A DNA stretch of 64,000 nt from a virus (IMGVR_UViG_3300026549_000040:32001-96000), one strand, 5' to 3'. Shown: positions 1 through 9,750, counted from the first letter of the stretch. Numbers and translations are program-made. Notes: generated from the sequence alone by a model not told the origin.

Positions 1-31
1 AATTGATGAAGCAAGAGAAAACTACACCAAA

Positions 32-265
32 GTGTATAAGGAAGCAACAGAACTTGTTAATAAGGCCAAGAAAGAGGCAGAGGAACTTTTAAAGCCTGCT
101 AAGGAATCAATTCAAGAGGCCCAAAAGAAAAAGTATGATGCTGTAAAAGAATTTAATAAAAAGTACGGAACGTACACAGTTTCCTATACCGGTGAAAAAG
201 CTTATAATGAATTCAAAAGAAATTCTGACTGGTTTAACGATATGTTTAAAAGATTCTTTTGGTAA
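32..265 (+). CDS. hypothetical coiled-coil protein (probably starts upstream of window)
   Basis: ORF open from window start; Lys/Glu-rich. Confidence 0.6.
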   Translation: MYKEATELVNKAKKEAEELLKPAKESIQEAQKKKYDAVKEFNKKYGTYTVSYTGEKAYNEFKRNSDWFNDMFKRFFW

Positions 266-300
266 TTTATAAAGATTAATTTGATAGTTATTTTTAATAA

Positions 301-332
301 AAGCTATAGTAAGTATTTCTTGCTATAGCTTT
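301..332 (+). terminator. hairpin, probable intrinsic terminator
   Basis: AAGCTATAGTAAG / CTTGCTATAGCTT inverted repeat followed by T-rich tract. Confidence 0.55.
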
Positions 333-353
333 ATATTTATAGAGGGATAAAAG

Positions 354-1142
354 ATGAAAACTTTTTTTGTTGTATCAGATGTCCATAGTTTTTATAAAGA
401 ACTTATGGAAGCACTCAATGACCAAGGGTTCGATATACATAATGATAATCATATATTCGTAAGTTGTGGCGATCTATTAGACAGAGGTCCTGATGCCGTA
501 AAGTGCCTTGACTTTGTTAATAATCTTCCAGATAATAGGAAGATATTAATAAGAGGTAATCATGAAGATCTGTTGCAAGAAGCAATCTATAGGGGTTATT
601 TTCAACATCATGATTATCATAATAGAACAAATGATACAGTATATCAATTAACAGGCATTAAACCAAACGATGAAAATAGCTTTGTTAGTGCAGATAGAGC
701 TGCTTTAATGGATATGAAGTTTAATGGGGATTGGGATACATATATAGATTCTTGTGTTAACTACTATGAAACAAAAGATTATATATTTGTTCATGGATGG
801 ATCCCAGTAATACAGAAATTTGTAGGATATAATAATGAACTTATGTATGATAAATATTGGAGAGATGATTTTTCTATTTGGGAAGAGGCACGTTGGTTAA
901 ATGGCATGAATGCGTGGTCAAAGGGAGTTAGGGAACCTAATAAAACAATAGTGTGTGGACATTTCCATTCATCATGGGGACATAGTAATTTACATAATAA
1001 TGGAGTTGAATTTGCAGAAACTGATCAAGGAATACAATCAATACATACTCCATTCTACGATGATGGTATAATAGCAATTGATAGCTGCGTTGCCTATAGT
1101 GGATTTATTAATTGTATAAAACTGGAGGTTGAAGATGAGTAA
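354..1142 (+). CDS. calcineurin-like metallophosphoesterase
   Basis: DVH, GDLLDRG, RGNHE, FVHG and GHFH motifs. Confidence 0.9.
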   Translation: MKTFFVVSDVHSFYKELMEALNDQGFDIHNDNHIFVSCGDLLDRGPDAVKCLDFVNNLPDNRKILIRGNHEDLLQEAIYRGYFQHHDYHNRTNDTVYQLTGIKPNDENSFVSADRAALMDMKFNGDWDTYIDSCVNYYETKDYIFVHGWIPVIQKFVGYNNELMYDKYWRDDFSIWEEARWLNGMNAWSKGVREPNKTIVCGHFHSSWGHSNLHNNGVEFAETDQGIQSIHTPFYDDGIIAIDSCVAYSGFINCIKLEVEDE

Positions 1143-1479
1143 AAGACACGTAGAAGAATATTATGCAAAGATGTATTCTGATTATAGAGAACTAAAAAAG
1201 GTTTTAGAAGAACTACAGAATACACTAACTGAAGAAGCAGCAAATAGTTATGTTTCTCAAATAGAAAGTATAAAAGAAAAAGTAAGGTTGCTTGAAGCGA
1301 ACTATAAGAGACTTTCATATATTATATTCCTGCTTAATAAACCTAACAGGAAAAAGAAAGAGACAAAATATATACGTAGTGAAAGTAAAAAACTAAATGC
1401 TATACCAGAAAAAGACAGGGAAGAAGCTGTTATTCAAGAAAATAAATCAGTATTGGATGATATAAAAAATATGATATGA
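1129..1479 (+). CDS. hypothetical coiled-coil protein
   Basis: ORF within operon. Confidence 0.65.
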   Translation: MKMSKRHVEEYYAKMYSDYRELKKVLEELQNTLTEEAANSYVSQIESIKEKVRLLEANYKRLSYIIFLLNKPNRKKKETKYIRSESKKLNAIPEKDREEAVIQENKSVLDDIKNMI

Positions 1480-1504
1480 TTGTAATCTTAATGATGTAAT
1501 TTAT

Positions 1505-1513
1505 TGCTAAATT
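1505..1513 (+). promoter_or_regulatory. TGCTAAATT motif, putative late/phage-sigma promoter
   Basis: same motif recurs intergenically at 15601, 31139, 42583 and 55064. Confidence 0.5.
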
Positions 1514-1520
1514 TATTATA

Positions 1521-1811
1521 ATGGAAAAACAAGTACAAGAGTTATTAAAGAAGCTGAATATAGATTATCCTGTTGAAAAGCAGGGAGAATATTGGGTAGC
1601 TACTTTAGATACGTATGAAGATTTTGTATCTATATACAATAAATTAGAAAAATCTTTAGATGTATTTAAAAATAGTCATGCATCTTTTTTTAATGAGGAA
1701 GATGGACATATACAATATGAAACTGATGATGGATTCATATTAGAGTTAGTTGCAGTACTAGATGAAGATGATTATACACTAAACATCTATAATGATGAGG
1801 AAGAAGACTAA
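1521..1811 (+). CDS. hypothetical acidic protein
   Basis: ORF with TAATG coupling to next gene. Confidence 0.65.
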   Translation: MEKQVQELLKKLNIDYPVEKQGEYWVATLDTYEDFVSIYNKLEKSLDVFKNSHASFFNEEDGHIQYETDDGFILELVAVLDEDDYTLNIYNDEEED

Positions 1812-2503
1812 TGAATGAAAAAACTATATTATCATATAGTGAACTAAATAGGTTAGGAAGAGCACAAGAGATAAGTAGAGAGAATGATGGGGAGCTGTTA
1901 AAAAAGATTACTTCTGACGTAAAGAAAACTATGAGGAAGAATAATCTTGTTTCATTATCAGCACCAGGTATTGGATATAATAAAAGGGTATTTTGTATTG
2001 ACTTCAGTGACAGTGAAATAAAAACCTTTATAAATCCAGTTATAGTCAATAAAACAGAATTAAAACTTGCCAGGGAAGTATGCTCTTCATTACCAGATAA
2101 AGAATATATAGTGCCAAGACACTATGAAGTAGATATTATTTATGAAACACCTACAGGTAAAATAAAAACAAATAGTTTTAAAGATGTTGCTGCTTATGTG
2201 GTGCAACATGAATTAGATCACTTGAATGGTGTTACATTAGAAGATATAGGTCTTGAAGTAGATAGTGATTTTGATGAAGGTACTGAAGAAGAAAGACAAG
2301 AAATTATAAGTATGTATATAGACTCCTTAGGGAAAAGACAAAAATTATTAGATGATGAAATAGAAGAAGATGAAGAATTAAGTACCGTATCTACTAGATT
2401 AAAATTTACAGAGGCCTTAGCAAGTGGTAAAGTAACTTTTGAGAATTTAGAAGAATTAACTAATAAGGATGAAGAATGTACGATAGTACAAAAATTAAAT
2501 TAA
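1811..2503 (+). CDS. def: peptide deformylase (divergent motifs)
   Basis: SLSAPGIG, FINP, EVCSS and QHELDHLNG motifs. Confidence 0.85.
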   Translation: MNEKTILSYSELNRLGRAQEISRENDGELLKKITSDVKKTMRKNNLVSLSAPGIGYNKRVFCIDFSDSEIKTFINPVIVNKTELKLAREVCSSLPDKEYIVPRHYEVDIIYETPTGKIKTNSFKDVAAYVVQHELDHLNGVTLEDIGLEVDSDFDEGTEEERQEIISMYIDSLGKRQKLLDDEIEEDEELSTVSTRLKFTEALASGKVTFENLEELTNKDEECTIVQKLN

Positions 2504-3411
2504 AAAGAACTTTAAGATGGTTAAAGAATGTTCCTTCTAATGTAGAAGGTTCGAATATACAAGAAAAAGATATAGACTTCGGAGAACCTATATTTGTAGA
2601 TAATAACAATGGTTCAATACATGATTTATCTAAAAAATGTAAATCTTACATAGTAATAGGATCACCAGTAGAGCAGGAAGCAGAACGTAAAGTCAGAAAT
2701 GCAGCTGTATTTAAAGGCTTTTGGGATCCAGATCAATCAGATAAATTAGTTTTCTATAAAAATTCTGATCGAGCTGGATTAATAGATGAAGAAGGAAGGC
2801 CGGTATACGCTGATAAATTAGTAACAACTAATGTTGATTTTGGTGATACTGCTTCTGATAAGTACTACATTCTTTGTCAACCAGATATTAATAAAGCATC
2901 TGGGAATGTTCATTATGGAGATATAAATACTTTTAAAATTCCTGCAACTGGTGAATCTGCAGGACAAAATGGTATTTACGTTACTAATAAGGGTATAATG
3001 CACGGTGCTGCATGGAATGATTATGCTGAGAAGCGTCATGTAAAAACAAATGTTTTTCCTGGTACCGTTGTGTGTGAAGTAGGGGATGGATCACTTGTTA
3101 AGTCTTCTGCAAGACTTCAACCATGTCCTTATGTAGTTACAGATACTTATGGTTTTGTTATAGGTGAAGATAAAGATACACCTGTAGCAGTTGCTGGTAG
3201 AGCTTTAGTTTATATAAGCGCTGAAGAGAGAAATTCTGTATCTATAGGCGATTGTTTATGTGCCGGAGAATATGGTAAAGCTTCTATTATGACAAGAGAA
3301 GAGATAAAAGAATATCCTGATAGGATATTAGGTATAGTAACTGGAATTCCAATGGAAGATAAATGGAATGGAGTTGATGTAAATAACAGAGTGTGGATAA
3401 AAATTAAGTAA
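2476..3411 (+). CDS. virion/tail protein with C-terminal intramolecular-chaperone (peptidase G2-like) domain
   Basis: C-terminal NDYAE...GTVV...PVAVAGR...GDCL...ILGIV pattern. Confidence 0.55.
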   Translation: MYDSTKIKLKRTLRWLKNVPSNVEGSNIQEKDIDFGEPIFVDNNNGSIHDLSKKCKSYIVIGSPVEQEAERKVRNAAVFKGFWDPDQSDKLVFYKNSDRAGLIDEEGRPVYADKLVTTNVDFGDTASDKYYILCQPDINKASGNVHYGDINTFKIPATGESAGQNGIYVTNKGIMHGAAWNDYAEKRHVKTNVFPGTVVCEVGDGSLVKSSARLQPCPYVVTDTYGFVIGEDKDTPVAVAGRALVYISAEERNSVSIGDCLCAGEYGKASIMTREEIKEYPDRILGIVTGIPMEDKWNGVDVNNRVWIKIK

Positions 3412-3428
3412 GTTTAATTGGATTATGG

Positions 3429-4022
3429 ATGAATAAGATAAGTTTAAGAGGATATTTAAGAGATATACAGTATTCTCATAATGTTGGTGATATAGAATAT
3501 GAAAAAGCAAATTTAATATGTCCTAATTCTTTTGGCAAAGATGAGGATATAATCTCTCTTAAGTATAAAAAATATTCTAATAAATATAAGGAAGGTGATT
3601 TTATAGAATTAGAAGGTAATTTAAGATCGTATTCTACATCTATAGAAGGAAAAAATTCAGTACAGATTTATGTATTTACTTATTTTGATCTTCCAGATGT
3701 AATATCATCGAATAATACGCAAATAGATGGTAGAGTATGTAAGATGAATGATATAAAAACCACTAACAATGGTAAGAAGTATTTGCACTTTATATTAGCA
3801 AATAATATATTTACAAATAATAACAAGAAGATAAATAATTATATACCATGTACTTGTTATGATGATTTAGCGGAAGAACTTTCTGATTTTGATGTGAATA
3901 CAAAACTTGATTTAAAAGGAGAATTTCATTCACATTATTATAAAAAGTACATTTCTGATGATGAGTTTGAATATAGAATAGCACATGAATTAGTGATAAA
4001 AAGTTATGAAAAACTTGATTAA
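3429..4022 (+). CDS. ssb: single-stranded DNA-binding protein (tandem OB folds)
   Basis: two OB repeats (GNLRSY; GRVCK...NYIPC...GEFHS), clostridial type. Confidence 0.75.
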   Translation: MNKISLRGYLRDIQYSHNVGDIEYEKANLICPNSFGKDEDIISLKYKKYSNKYKEGDFIELEGNLRSYSTSIEGKNSVQIYVFTYFDLPDVISSNNTQIDGRVCKMNDIKTTNNGKKYLHFILANNIFTNNNKKINNYIPCTCYDDLAEELSDFDVNTKLDLKGEFHSHYYKKYISDDEFEYRIAHELVIKSYEKLD

Positions 4023-4059
4023 CTTATATACATATTGTCATAAATAGTATATAATATTT

Positions 4060-4281
4060 ATGATAAAGGATGAAATAGTTATGAATAACAGAGAATTAGT
4101 TAAAGACTTTTATGGAAAAGTTATAGGTTCTATAGAAACAGTTGGTACTAAACAAATTGCTAGAGACTTTTATGGAAAAGTCTTAGGTAGATATGATAGC
4201 ACAGATAATAAAACAAGAGACTTCTATGGAAAGGTATTAACTCAGGGTAATACACTAATGGGTTTATTGTTTAAAAAATAA
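4060..4281 (+). CDS. small beta-repeat protein (3x [R/K]DFYGKV)
   Basis: internal repeats; probable start at 4081. Confidence 0.7.
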   Translation: MIKDEIVMNNRELVKDFYGKVIGSIETVGTKQIARDFYGKVLGRYDSTDNKTRDFYGKVLTQGNTLMGLLFKK

Positions 4282-4287
4282 GATGGT

Positions 4288-4833
4288 ATGAAAAGAAAAC
4301 TTGCTGTTGACATTGATAATACTATATGGGATCTTGTTTCTTCTTGGATAGAATACTATAACAATAAATATGATGATAATGTTAAAGCATCTAATATAAC
4401 TAAGTATGCTTTTTTTGATCTTACTAAGAAAGCTACTAAAGAAGAAATGTTTGATATACTATGCGTAGATGATTTTTGGTCTACGGTTAATCCATATAGA
4501 TACTCAGAAGAGTACTTAAGAAAATTAAATAAAGAATTTGATTTATATATAGTAACTAGCACTTCATATAAGACCTCAAGGAAAAAGTTTGAAAGATTTT
4601 TTGAATTATTTCCTTTTTTAGATGAGCATCAGCTAATAATAACTCATCATAAAGAGATAATAGATGTAGATATCATAGTGGATGATTGTCCAATAAATCT
4701 AACCAATACTGATCATATAAGATTTTTAATCAACCAATCTTATAATAAATCAGTTAAGGATGAATCTATTATAAGAGTTAATGATTTACGAGAAGTGTAT
4801 TACTATTTTTTTAACACTAATAATAACAAATAA
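4288..4833 (+). CDS. 5'(3')-deoxyribonucleotidase, HAD family
   Basis: DIDNT, IVTS and IIVDD motifs. Confidence 0.85.
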   Translation: MKRKLAVDIDNTIWDLVSSWIEYYNNKYDDNVKASNITKYAFFDLTKKATKEEMFDILCVDDFWSTVNPYRYSEEYLRKLNKEFDLYIVTSTSYKTSRKKFERFFELFPFLDEHQLIITHHKEIIDVDIIVDDCPINLTNTDHIRFLINQSYNKSVKDESIIRVNDLREVYYYFFNTNNNK

Positions 4834-4849
4834 GAAGGATGATGACAAT

Positions 4850-5050
4850 ATGATTACTATTTATACAACAGAGACTTGCCCAAAATGTAAAATACTTAAA
4901 AAGAAATTATCTTCTAAAGGTGTGGACTTTGAAGAGATATGGGATGTAGACGTATTAAAAAGTCTGGATATATTTGAAGTACCTGTACTTGAGGTAGATG
5001 GAAAATATTTAGAATTTAGTGAAGCCAATGAATGGGTAAATAATCTGTAA
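4850..5050 (+). CDS. nrdH: glutaredoxin-like NrdH
   Basis: CPKC, VPVLEVDG; directly upstream of nrdD; start revised to ATG 4850. Confidence 0.8.
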   Translation: MITIYTTETCPKCKILKKKLSSKGVDFEEIWDVDVLKSLDIFEVPVLEVDGKYLEFSEANEWVNNL

Positions 5051-5064
5051 AGGGGTAAATAGTA

Positions 5065-6978
5065 ATGCTGATAAATTTAAAACTAAACAAGAATTTTACA
5101 ACTGCTTTCAATAGATTGTCAAATGAATATGGTACTGACATAGTTGAATTAAATGGTTTTTCAGAAGAACAGTTAAGTTGGACAGACTTTCTTGATAATT
5201 TTGTATCTAAAGAAACAGTAGCAGATGCAACTATTGATGGGAATGCAAATATTGGTACTAAAGATATATGCTCTTTAGAAGCTGAGATGAGTAAACCTCA
5301 TAGTAAGCTAATTGCTTTTAATAAGATCTATCAAGAGCTAAACCAGGAATTTGGATTTAAAGTTGCTAATGATTGGATTCAAAATGAATGGGATGGTCAT
5401 TTTTATCTACATGATGCAGCTAGTTCTACTTATAAACCTTATTGTTATGCATATGATCTGGAAAGATTGGTAAATGAGGGTCTTTACTTTATAGATACTT
5501 TTAATAACCAGCCACCAAAGCACCTTGTAACGTATACAGATTTTGTGGGTGAGTTTGTTAGTTGGGCTAGTAATAGAACAAGTGGTGCTTGTGGATTACC
5601 AAGCTTTCTTATATATTCTTTTTATTTCTGGAGGAAAGATATTGAGAATAACTACTTTGTATCTAGTCCCGAAGCATATAGGGACCAGGAATTTCAGAGA
5701 ATTATATATAAATTAAATCAACCATATCTTCGTGTTAATCAATCTGCTTTTACTAACTTTAGTATTTTTGATAGATCATACTTAGAGTCAATTTTTGGTG
5801 GAAAAGAATTTCCAGATGGTACTTTTATTATTGATTATATTGATGATATATTAGAGTATCAGAAATCTTTTATGGAAGTATGTAGTAAGATAAGATCAGA
5901 TAATATGATGACTTTTCCTGTTTTAACTTTTTCTTTATTGAGAACTAAAGAAGGAAAATTTGTTGATGAAGATTTTGCTAAATGGTGCTGCAGACATAAT
6001 ATGAAATGGGCAGATAGTAATTTCTTTATTAGTGACGATATTACAAGTCTAAGCAACTGCTGCAGGTTACTGTCAGATGTAAAAGAACTTGGTTACTTTA
6101 ATTCTATTGGTGGTACATCATTAGAAGTAGGCAGTATTAAAGTTAATACCATTAATCTTGCTAGGCTGTCCTATGAAAATAAGAAAGCTGATTATCTTGA
6201 TGCGCTAAAAGAAAAAGTATATCTGTGTCTACAGACACTTCATATAATTAGAAATATAATTTCTAAAAACGTACAAAGAGGTCTATTACCAAACTATAGT
6301 CATAAACTTATTAATATGGATTCTCAATATTCAACCATAGGTATTATTGGAATATATGAAACTTTACAAAAATATAGAATGGTAAAGAAGGATGAATTAG
6401 GTTATACTTATTATACGGATTCTGGAATTGAATTTGCAAAATCTATCTTCAATGCTATAAATGAAGTTAAGCAGAAGTTTATAGAAGAGAATGATGTAAC
6501 TTATTCCATAAATATAGAACAGATTCCGGGGGAAAGAGCTGCTTCAATACTTATGCAAAAAGATAAGTTCTTCTTCCCGAAAGAAAAGTATGAACTACCT
6601 TTATATGGTAATCAGTGGATTCCACTTGGTATTAAGACTTCCTTAGATGAGAAGATTAAACTCAGTGCTATACTTGATAAGGCTTGTAATGGTGGATCTA
6701 TTGCTCATATTAATATAGAATCTCCATTTAATAATTTTGAAACTGCCTGGAAGATGCTTAATAAAGTAGCTGATTCTGGAGTTGTATACTTTGCTTTCTG
6801 CACAAGAATAAGTGCATGTAAGCATAATCATGGTTTTTATGGGGATGTTTGTCCTGTATGTGGGGAACCTGTAGAAACAACTTATCAAAGAATAGTTGGA
6901 TTTCTAACTCCATGCAAAACATATAGTAAAGAAAGAAAAGAAGAGTTTAAGCTTAGAGATTGGTTTGATGTGAACTAA
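5065..6978 (+). CDS. nrdD: class III anaerobic ribonucleotide reductase, no ATP cone
   Basis: YLHD, SNCCRL, C-terminal CxxxH/CPVC and RIVGF glycyl-radical loop. Confidence 0.92.
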   Translation: MLINLKLNKNFTTAFNRLSNEYGTDIVELNGFSEEQLSWTDFLDNFVSKETVADATIDGNANIGTKDICSLEAEMSKPHSKLIAFNKIYQELNQEFGFKVANDWIQNEWDGHFYLHDAASSTYKPYCYAYDLERLVNEGLYFIDTFNNQPPKHLVTYTDFVGEFVSWASNRTSGACGLPSFLIYSFYFWRKDIENNYFVSSPEAYRDQEFQRIIYKLNQPYLRVNQSAFTNFSIFDRSYLESIFGGKEFPDGTFIIDYIDDILEYQKSFMEVCSKIRSDNMMTFPVLTFSLLRTKEGKFVDEDFAKWCCRHNMKWADSNFFISDDITSLSNCCRLLSDVKELGYFNSIGGTSLEVGSIKVNTINLARLSYENKKADYLDALKEKVYLCLQTLHIIRNIISKNVQRGLLPNYSHKLINMDSQYSTIGIIGIYETLQKYRMVKKDELGYTYYTDSGIEFAKSIFNAINEVKQKFIEENDVTYSINIEQIPGERAASILMQKDKFFFPKEKYELPLYGNQWIPLGIKTSLDEKIKLSAILDKACNGGSIAHINIESPFNNFETAWKMLNKVADSGVVYFAFCTRISACKHNHGFYGDVCPVCGEPVETTYQRIVGFLTPCKTYSKERKEEFKLRDWFDVN

Positions 6979-7595
6979 TGAAGATACTAAATATAAAAGT
7001 AGAAGATTTTACAAATTACAAGAAACCAGCTATGTTTATTGGGATGGGTACCTGCAATTTTAAATGTTGTAATGAAGCAGGTATTCCTCATGAAATTTGT
7101 CAGAATTATTTACTTAAAAATGATTATATTGAGTTAGAACCTAAAACTATAGTTGGTAATTATTTAAGTAATACAATAAGTGAGTCAGTAGTTATAGGTG
7201 GGTTAGAACCTTTTGATGATTTTATGAATTTACTCGATTTAGTAGATGAGTTTAGAAGGAATACTTCTGATGATATAGTTATATATACAGGTTATTATCC
7301 ACATGAAATAACTACATACTTATTATATTTATCTGAATATGATAATATAATATTGAAGTTTGGTAGGTTTGTACCAAATAATAAACCTCATAAAGACAAA
7401 ATATTAGGAGTTAATTTAGCAAGTGATAATCAATATGGTGCTAAATTAATAAAAGGGTGTAAAGACATATTAAAAGCAATACATGATAATGATGGGTACT
7501 GCCCATGTAAAATAAATAAAGATGAAACAACTAAATGCTGCTGTGAAGATTTTGTTAAAACAAAAGAATGTATTTGTGGTGCATTTGAAAAATAA
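6978..7595 (+). CDS. nrdG: NrdG radical-SAM activase with C-terminal ferredoxin:thioredoxin-reductase-like domain
   Basis: CNFKCC, GGLEP, YTGY, LASDNQ; tail GYCPC...KCCC...CICG. Confidence 0.85.
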   Translation: MKILNIKVEDFTNYKKPAMFIGMGTCNFKCCNEAGIPHEICQNYLLKNDYIELEPKTIVGNYLSNTISESVVIGGLEPFDDFMNLLDLVDEFRRNTSDDIVIYTGYYPHEITTYLLYLSEYDNIILKFGRFVPNNKPHKDKILGVNLASDNQYGAKLIKGCKDILKAIHDNDGYCPCKINKDETTKCCCEDFVKTKECICGAFEK

Positions 7596-7605
7596 AGGAA
7601 TTTAA

Positions 7606-8541
7606 ATGTTATATGATTTTATTAATGAAGCATTTATCTTAGAGAGTGAAGAACTCAATGAAGATAAAATGGTTAAGTACGATGGAGAATTATCTCCTAA
7701 GTTTGGCTGGTGTGCTATTTACATAGGTGGTCCGGCTTCTGGTAAAGGAACTGCTACTAAGTTTCTTTCTAGATTAGAAGGTGATTATTTTAACGTAGAT
7801 AATCTTAAAGAAATAGAAAGAATGTGGCAGATAACAGATCCTAAGACTGGTAAGCCACACTCAGATAATTTCAAAACACCTTCCGAGATTGTACCAAAAC
7901 TTGATAAAAACGGTGATCCTGTTATAAGTAAAGAAAGAAAAAGCCCGTGGACTGGTAAGAAAACAGGTGGTGAAGAAGTATATTATGATAAATATCGTAA
8001 TATGGGAAATAGTGATTTCGTATCAGAACTTCATGGAGAGATGAAACCTCTTGGTAAGAAATGGCAAAATTCTATGCTTAATAATCCAGAAAATGAAACT
8101 CGTAATAAGGATAGGTTACCGAATCTTATATTTGATATAACGGGTGATGATCCAAGGAAGATTATGAAGATTATCGATCCATTAAAAGCACAGGGTTACA
8201 AAATTGCTATTATTTGGATGCTTACTACACCAGAAAAGGCTATATTAAATAATTTCAAGAGAGATAGAAGTGTAGACGTTAGACAGGTATTACTACCTAA
8301 ACATAAAGGTGTTATGGACGCTGTAGAAGATATGTTCTCTTCTGATAAGATTAAAAAAGTTGATGAATTCTGGGTTATCGATACAGATGCAGGTGTAGAT
8401 CCATTCAAGGATCCTGTAGGTTATCATAATGCACAGAATGTTTATCATATTCCAATTATGCAAGATGGAATTAAAACAATTTCATATATAGCTGATAGAA
8501 TAGCTACTAATAGAGAACAATTGAATACTTATGGCTTTTAA
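7606..8541 (+). CDS. P-loop kinase (zeta-toxin/AAA_33-like)
   Basis: GGPASGKGT Walker A, NVD, IFDITG, NxxRxR lid. Confidence 0.7.
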   Translation: MLYDFINEAFILESEELNEDKMVKYDGELSPKFGWCAIYIGGPASGKGTATKFLSRLEGDYFNVDNLKEIERMWQITDPKTGKPHSDNFKTPSEIVPKLDKNGDPVISKERKSPWTGKKTGGEEVYYDKYRNMGNSDFVSELHGEMKPLGKKWQNSMLNNPENETRNKDRLPNLIFDITGDDPRKIMKIIDPLKAQGYKIAIIWMLTTPEKAILNNFKRDRSVDVRQVLLPKHKGVMDAVEDMFSSDKIKKVDEFWVIDTDAGVDPFKDPVGYHNAQNVYHIPIMQDGIKTISYIADRIATNREQLNTYGF

Positions 8542-8554
8542 TTTCAATTTTATG

Positions 8555-8596
8555 TTTACATATTTAAAATATGTGTTATAATAATTATAGGAAGAG
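8555..8596 (+). promoter_or_regulatory. early sigmaA-type promoter with conserved AATTATAGGAAG box
   Basis: TTTACA-16-TATAAT with extended TG; similar copies at 14932, 27990 and 48456. Confidence 0.75.
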
Positions 8597-8609
8597 AGGA
8601 GGTAAACAT

Positions 8610-8876
8610 ATGAATACGGAAATGGCCAAGTTAGTAGAATTGCTTATGGATGATAAGCTTCCATTTCAGGTTGTTATACAGGAAGATCTTGAGGCTACTC
8701 AAATTTATATTCCAAATATAAATAATCCTATATTTGACGTGGTATGTAACAAATATAGTGAGGGTGGTGTTTCAGGACTTTTGGAAATATTAAATCATGT
8801 ATCAGGAAAGCATACTGGATATCTAAATTGTGAAGATGCTTTTGACATTATAAATCTATGGGCAGGGGGTGGTTAA
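8610..8876 (+). CDS. hypothetical early protein
   Basis: GGAGGT SD before ATG 8610. Confidence 0.7.
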   Translation: MNTEMAKLVELLMDDKLPFQVVIQEDLEATQIYIPNINNPIFDVVCNKYSEGGVSGLLEILNHVSGKHTGYLNCEDAFDIINLWAGGG

Positions 8877-9183
8877 TATGATGAGACTTGGGGATATTAG
8901 AGCAGATCTAGAGCAATTCGACTACTGTGAACTAATATTTAATCTTTCATCTTCTGGTTGTGATAGAGGTAATCTTGGATGTAAATATGTATATGAATTA
9001 CTTCAAAGAGAAGATGATTATGAAATACCTTATAATTGTTATGAAATCATATATGATTGGGATGATTTTGTAGATGTAGATGGAGTAGATTGTGTATGTT
9101 TTTATGATGATGACAAAGGTTTTTTAGAAAATAATAAGAAGTTTTTTGAAGTTTATGGAAAACCAAGAGAGGAATGGATATGA
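8869..9183 (+). CDS. hypothetical protein
   Basis: overlapping operon ORF. Confidence 0.6.
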   Translation: MVNMMRLGDIRADLEQFDYCELIFNLSSSGCDRGNLGCKYVYELLQREDDYEIPYNCYEIIYDWDDFVDVDGVDCVCFYDDDKGFLENNKKFFEVYGKPREEWI

Positions 9184-9479
9184 AAACAACATGTGTAAAT
9201 ACAAAAAATTCAAATATCAGCAGTAATACAGCTCCAGCTAGTATTAATATATCTGATATGTTTTTTAAGTCATACTCAGAACTAAAAGTATCTAAGGTTA
9301 TTTATAATAATCCAGCTACTATCGTATACTTTTCAGATGGATCTAAATCGGTTGTGAAGTTACATCCTGAAGATACTTTTAATGAAACAACAGGACTTCT
9401 TATGGCTATTTCAAAAAGATTGCTTGGCAGTAAAAATTTGCACAGAGCATTAAAAGATTTTACAAAAAATTACGATTAA
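9174..9479 (+). CDS. conserved phage hypothetical protein
   Basis: VIYNNPATIVYFSDGSKSVVK motif typical of Firmicutes phages. Confidence 0.65.
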   Translation: MDMKTTCVNTKNSNISSNTAPASINISDMFFKSYSELKVSKVIYNNPATIVYFSDGSKSVVKLHPEDTFNETTGLLMAISKRLLGSKNLHRALKDFTKNYD

Positions 9480-9482
9480 ATG

Positions 9483-9511
9483 TTTACAATATTGTAATTG
9501 TATGTTATATT
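9483..9511 (+). promoter_or_regulatory. sigmaA-type promoter of the tRNA/ncRNA island
   Basis: TTTACA-17-TATATT with extended TG. Confidence 0.65.
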
Positions 9512-9590
9512 AATTATACAATCAGGAGTTGATTGGACTATAAGCAATACTTACCCTCTAGTGTATGGGGCAATATACACTAAATAATTT

Positions 9591-9664
9591 TGCGGGATCG
9601 TCAAGTGGCAAGACAACGGGCTCATTACCCGTTACCGTAGGTTCGAATCCTACTCCCGCATCCA
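9591..9664 (+). tRNA. tRNA-Met(CAT), initiator-like
   Basis: cloverleaf, GGG/CCC anticodon stem, loop CTCATTA, CCA end. Confidence 0.85.
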
Positions 9665-9668
9665 ATAT

Positions 9669-9750
9669 GGGGATGCGATGGGCGTTCGACTCGGCTTAAA
9701 CCCAAAGTGAACTGTCGAGGACATCGGTTCGAATCCGATCATCTCCACCA
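9669..9750 (+). ncRNA. minimal tmRNA-like RNA (tRNA-like domain only)
   Basis: GGGGATG/CATCTCC-ACCA with G3:U70, no D stem, TTCGAC...GGAC flanks, canonical T arm; only 28 nt between the flanks. Confidence 0.7.
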
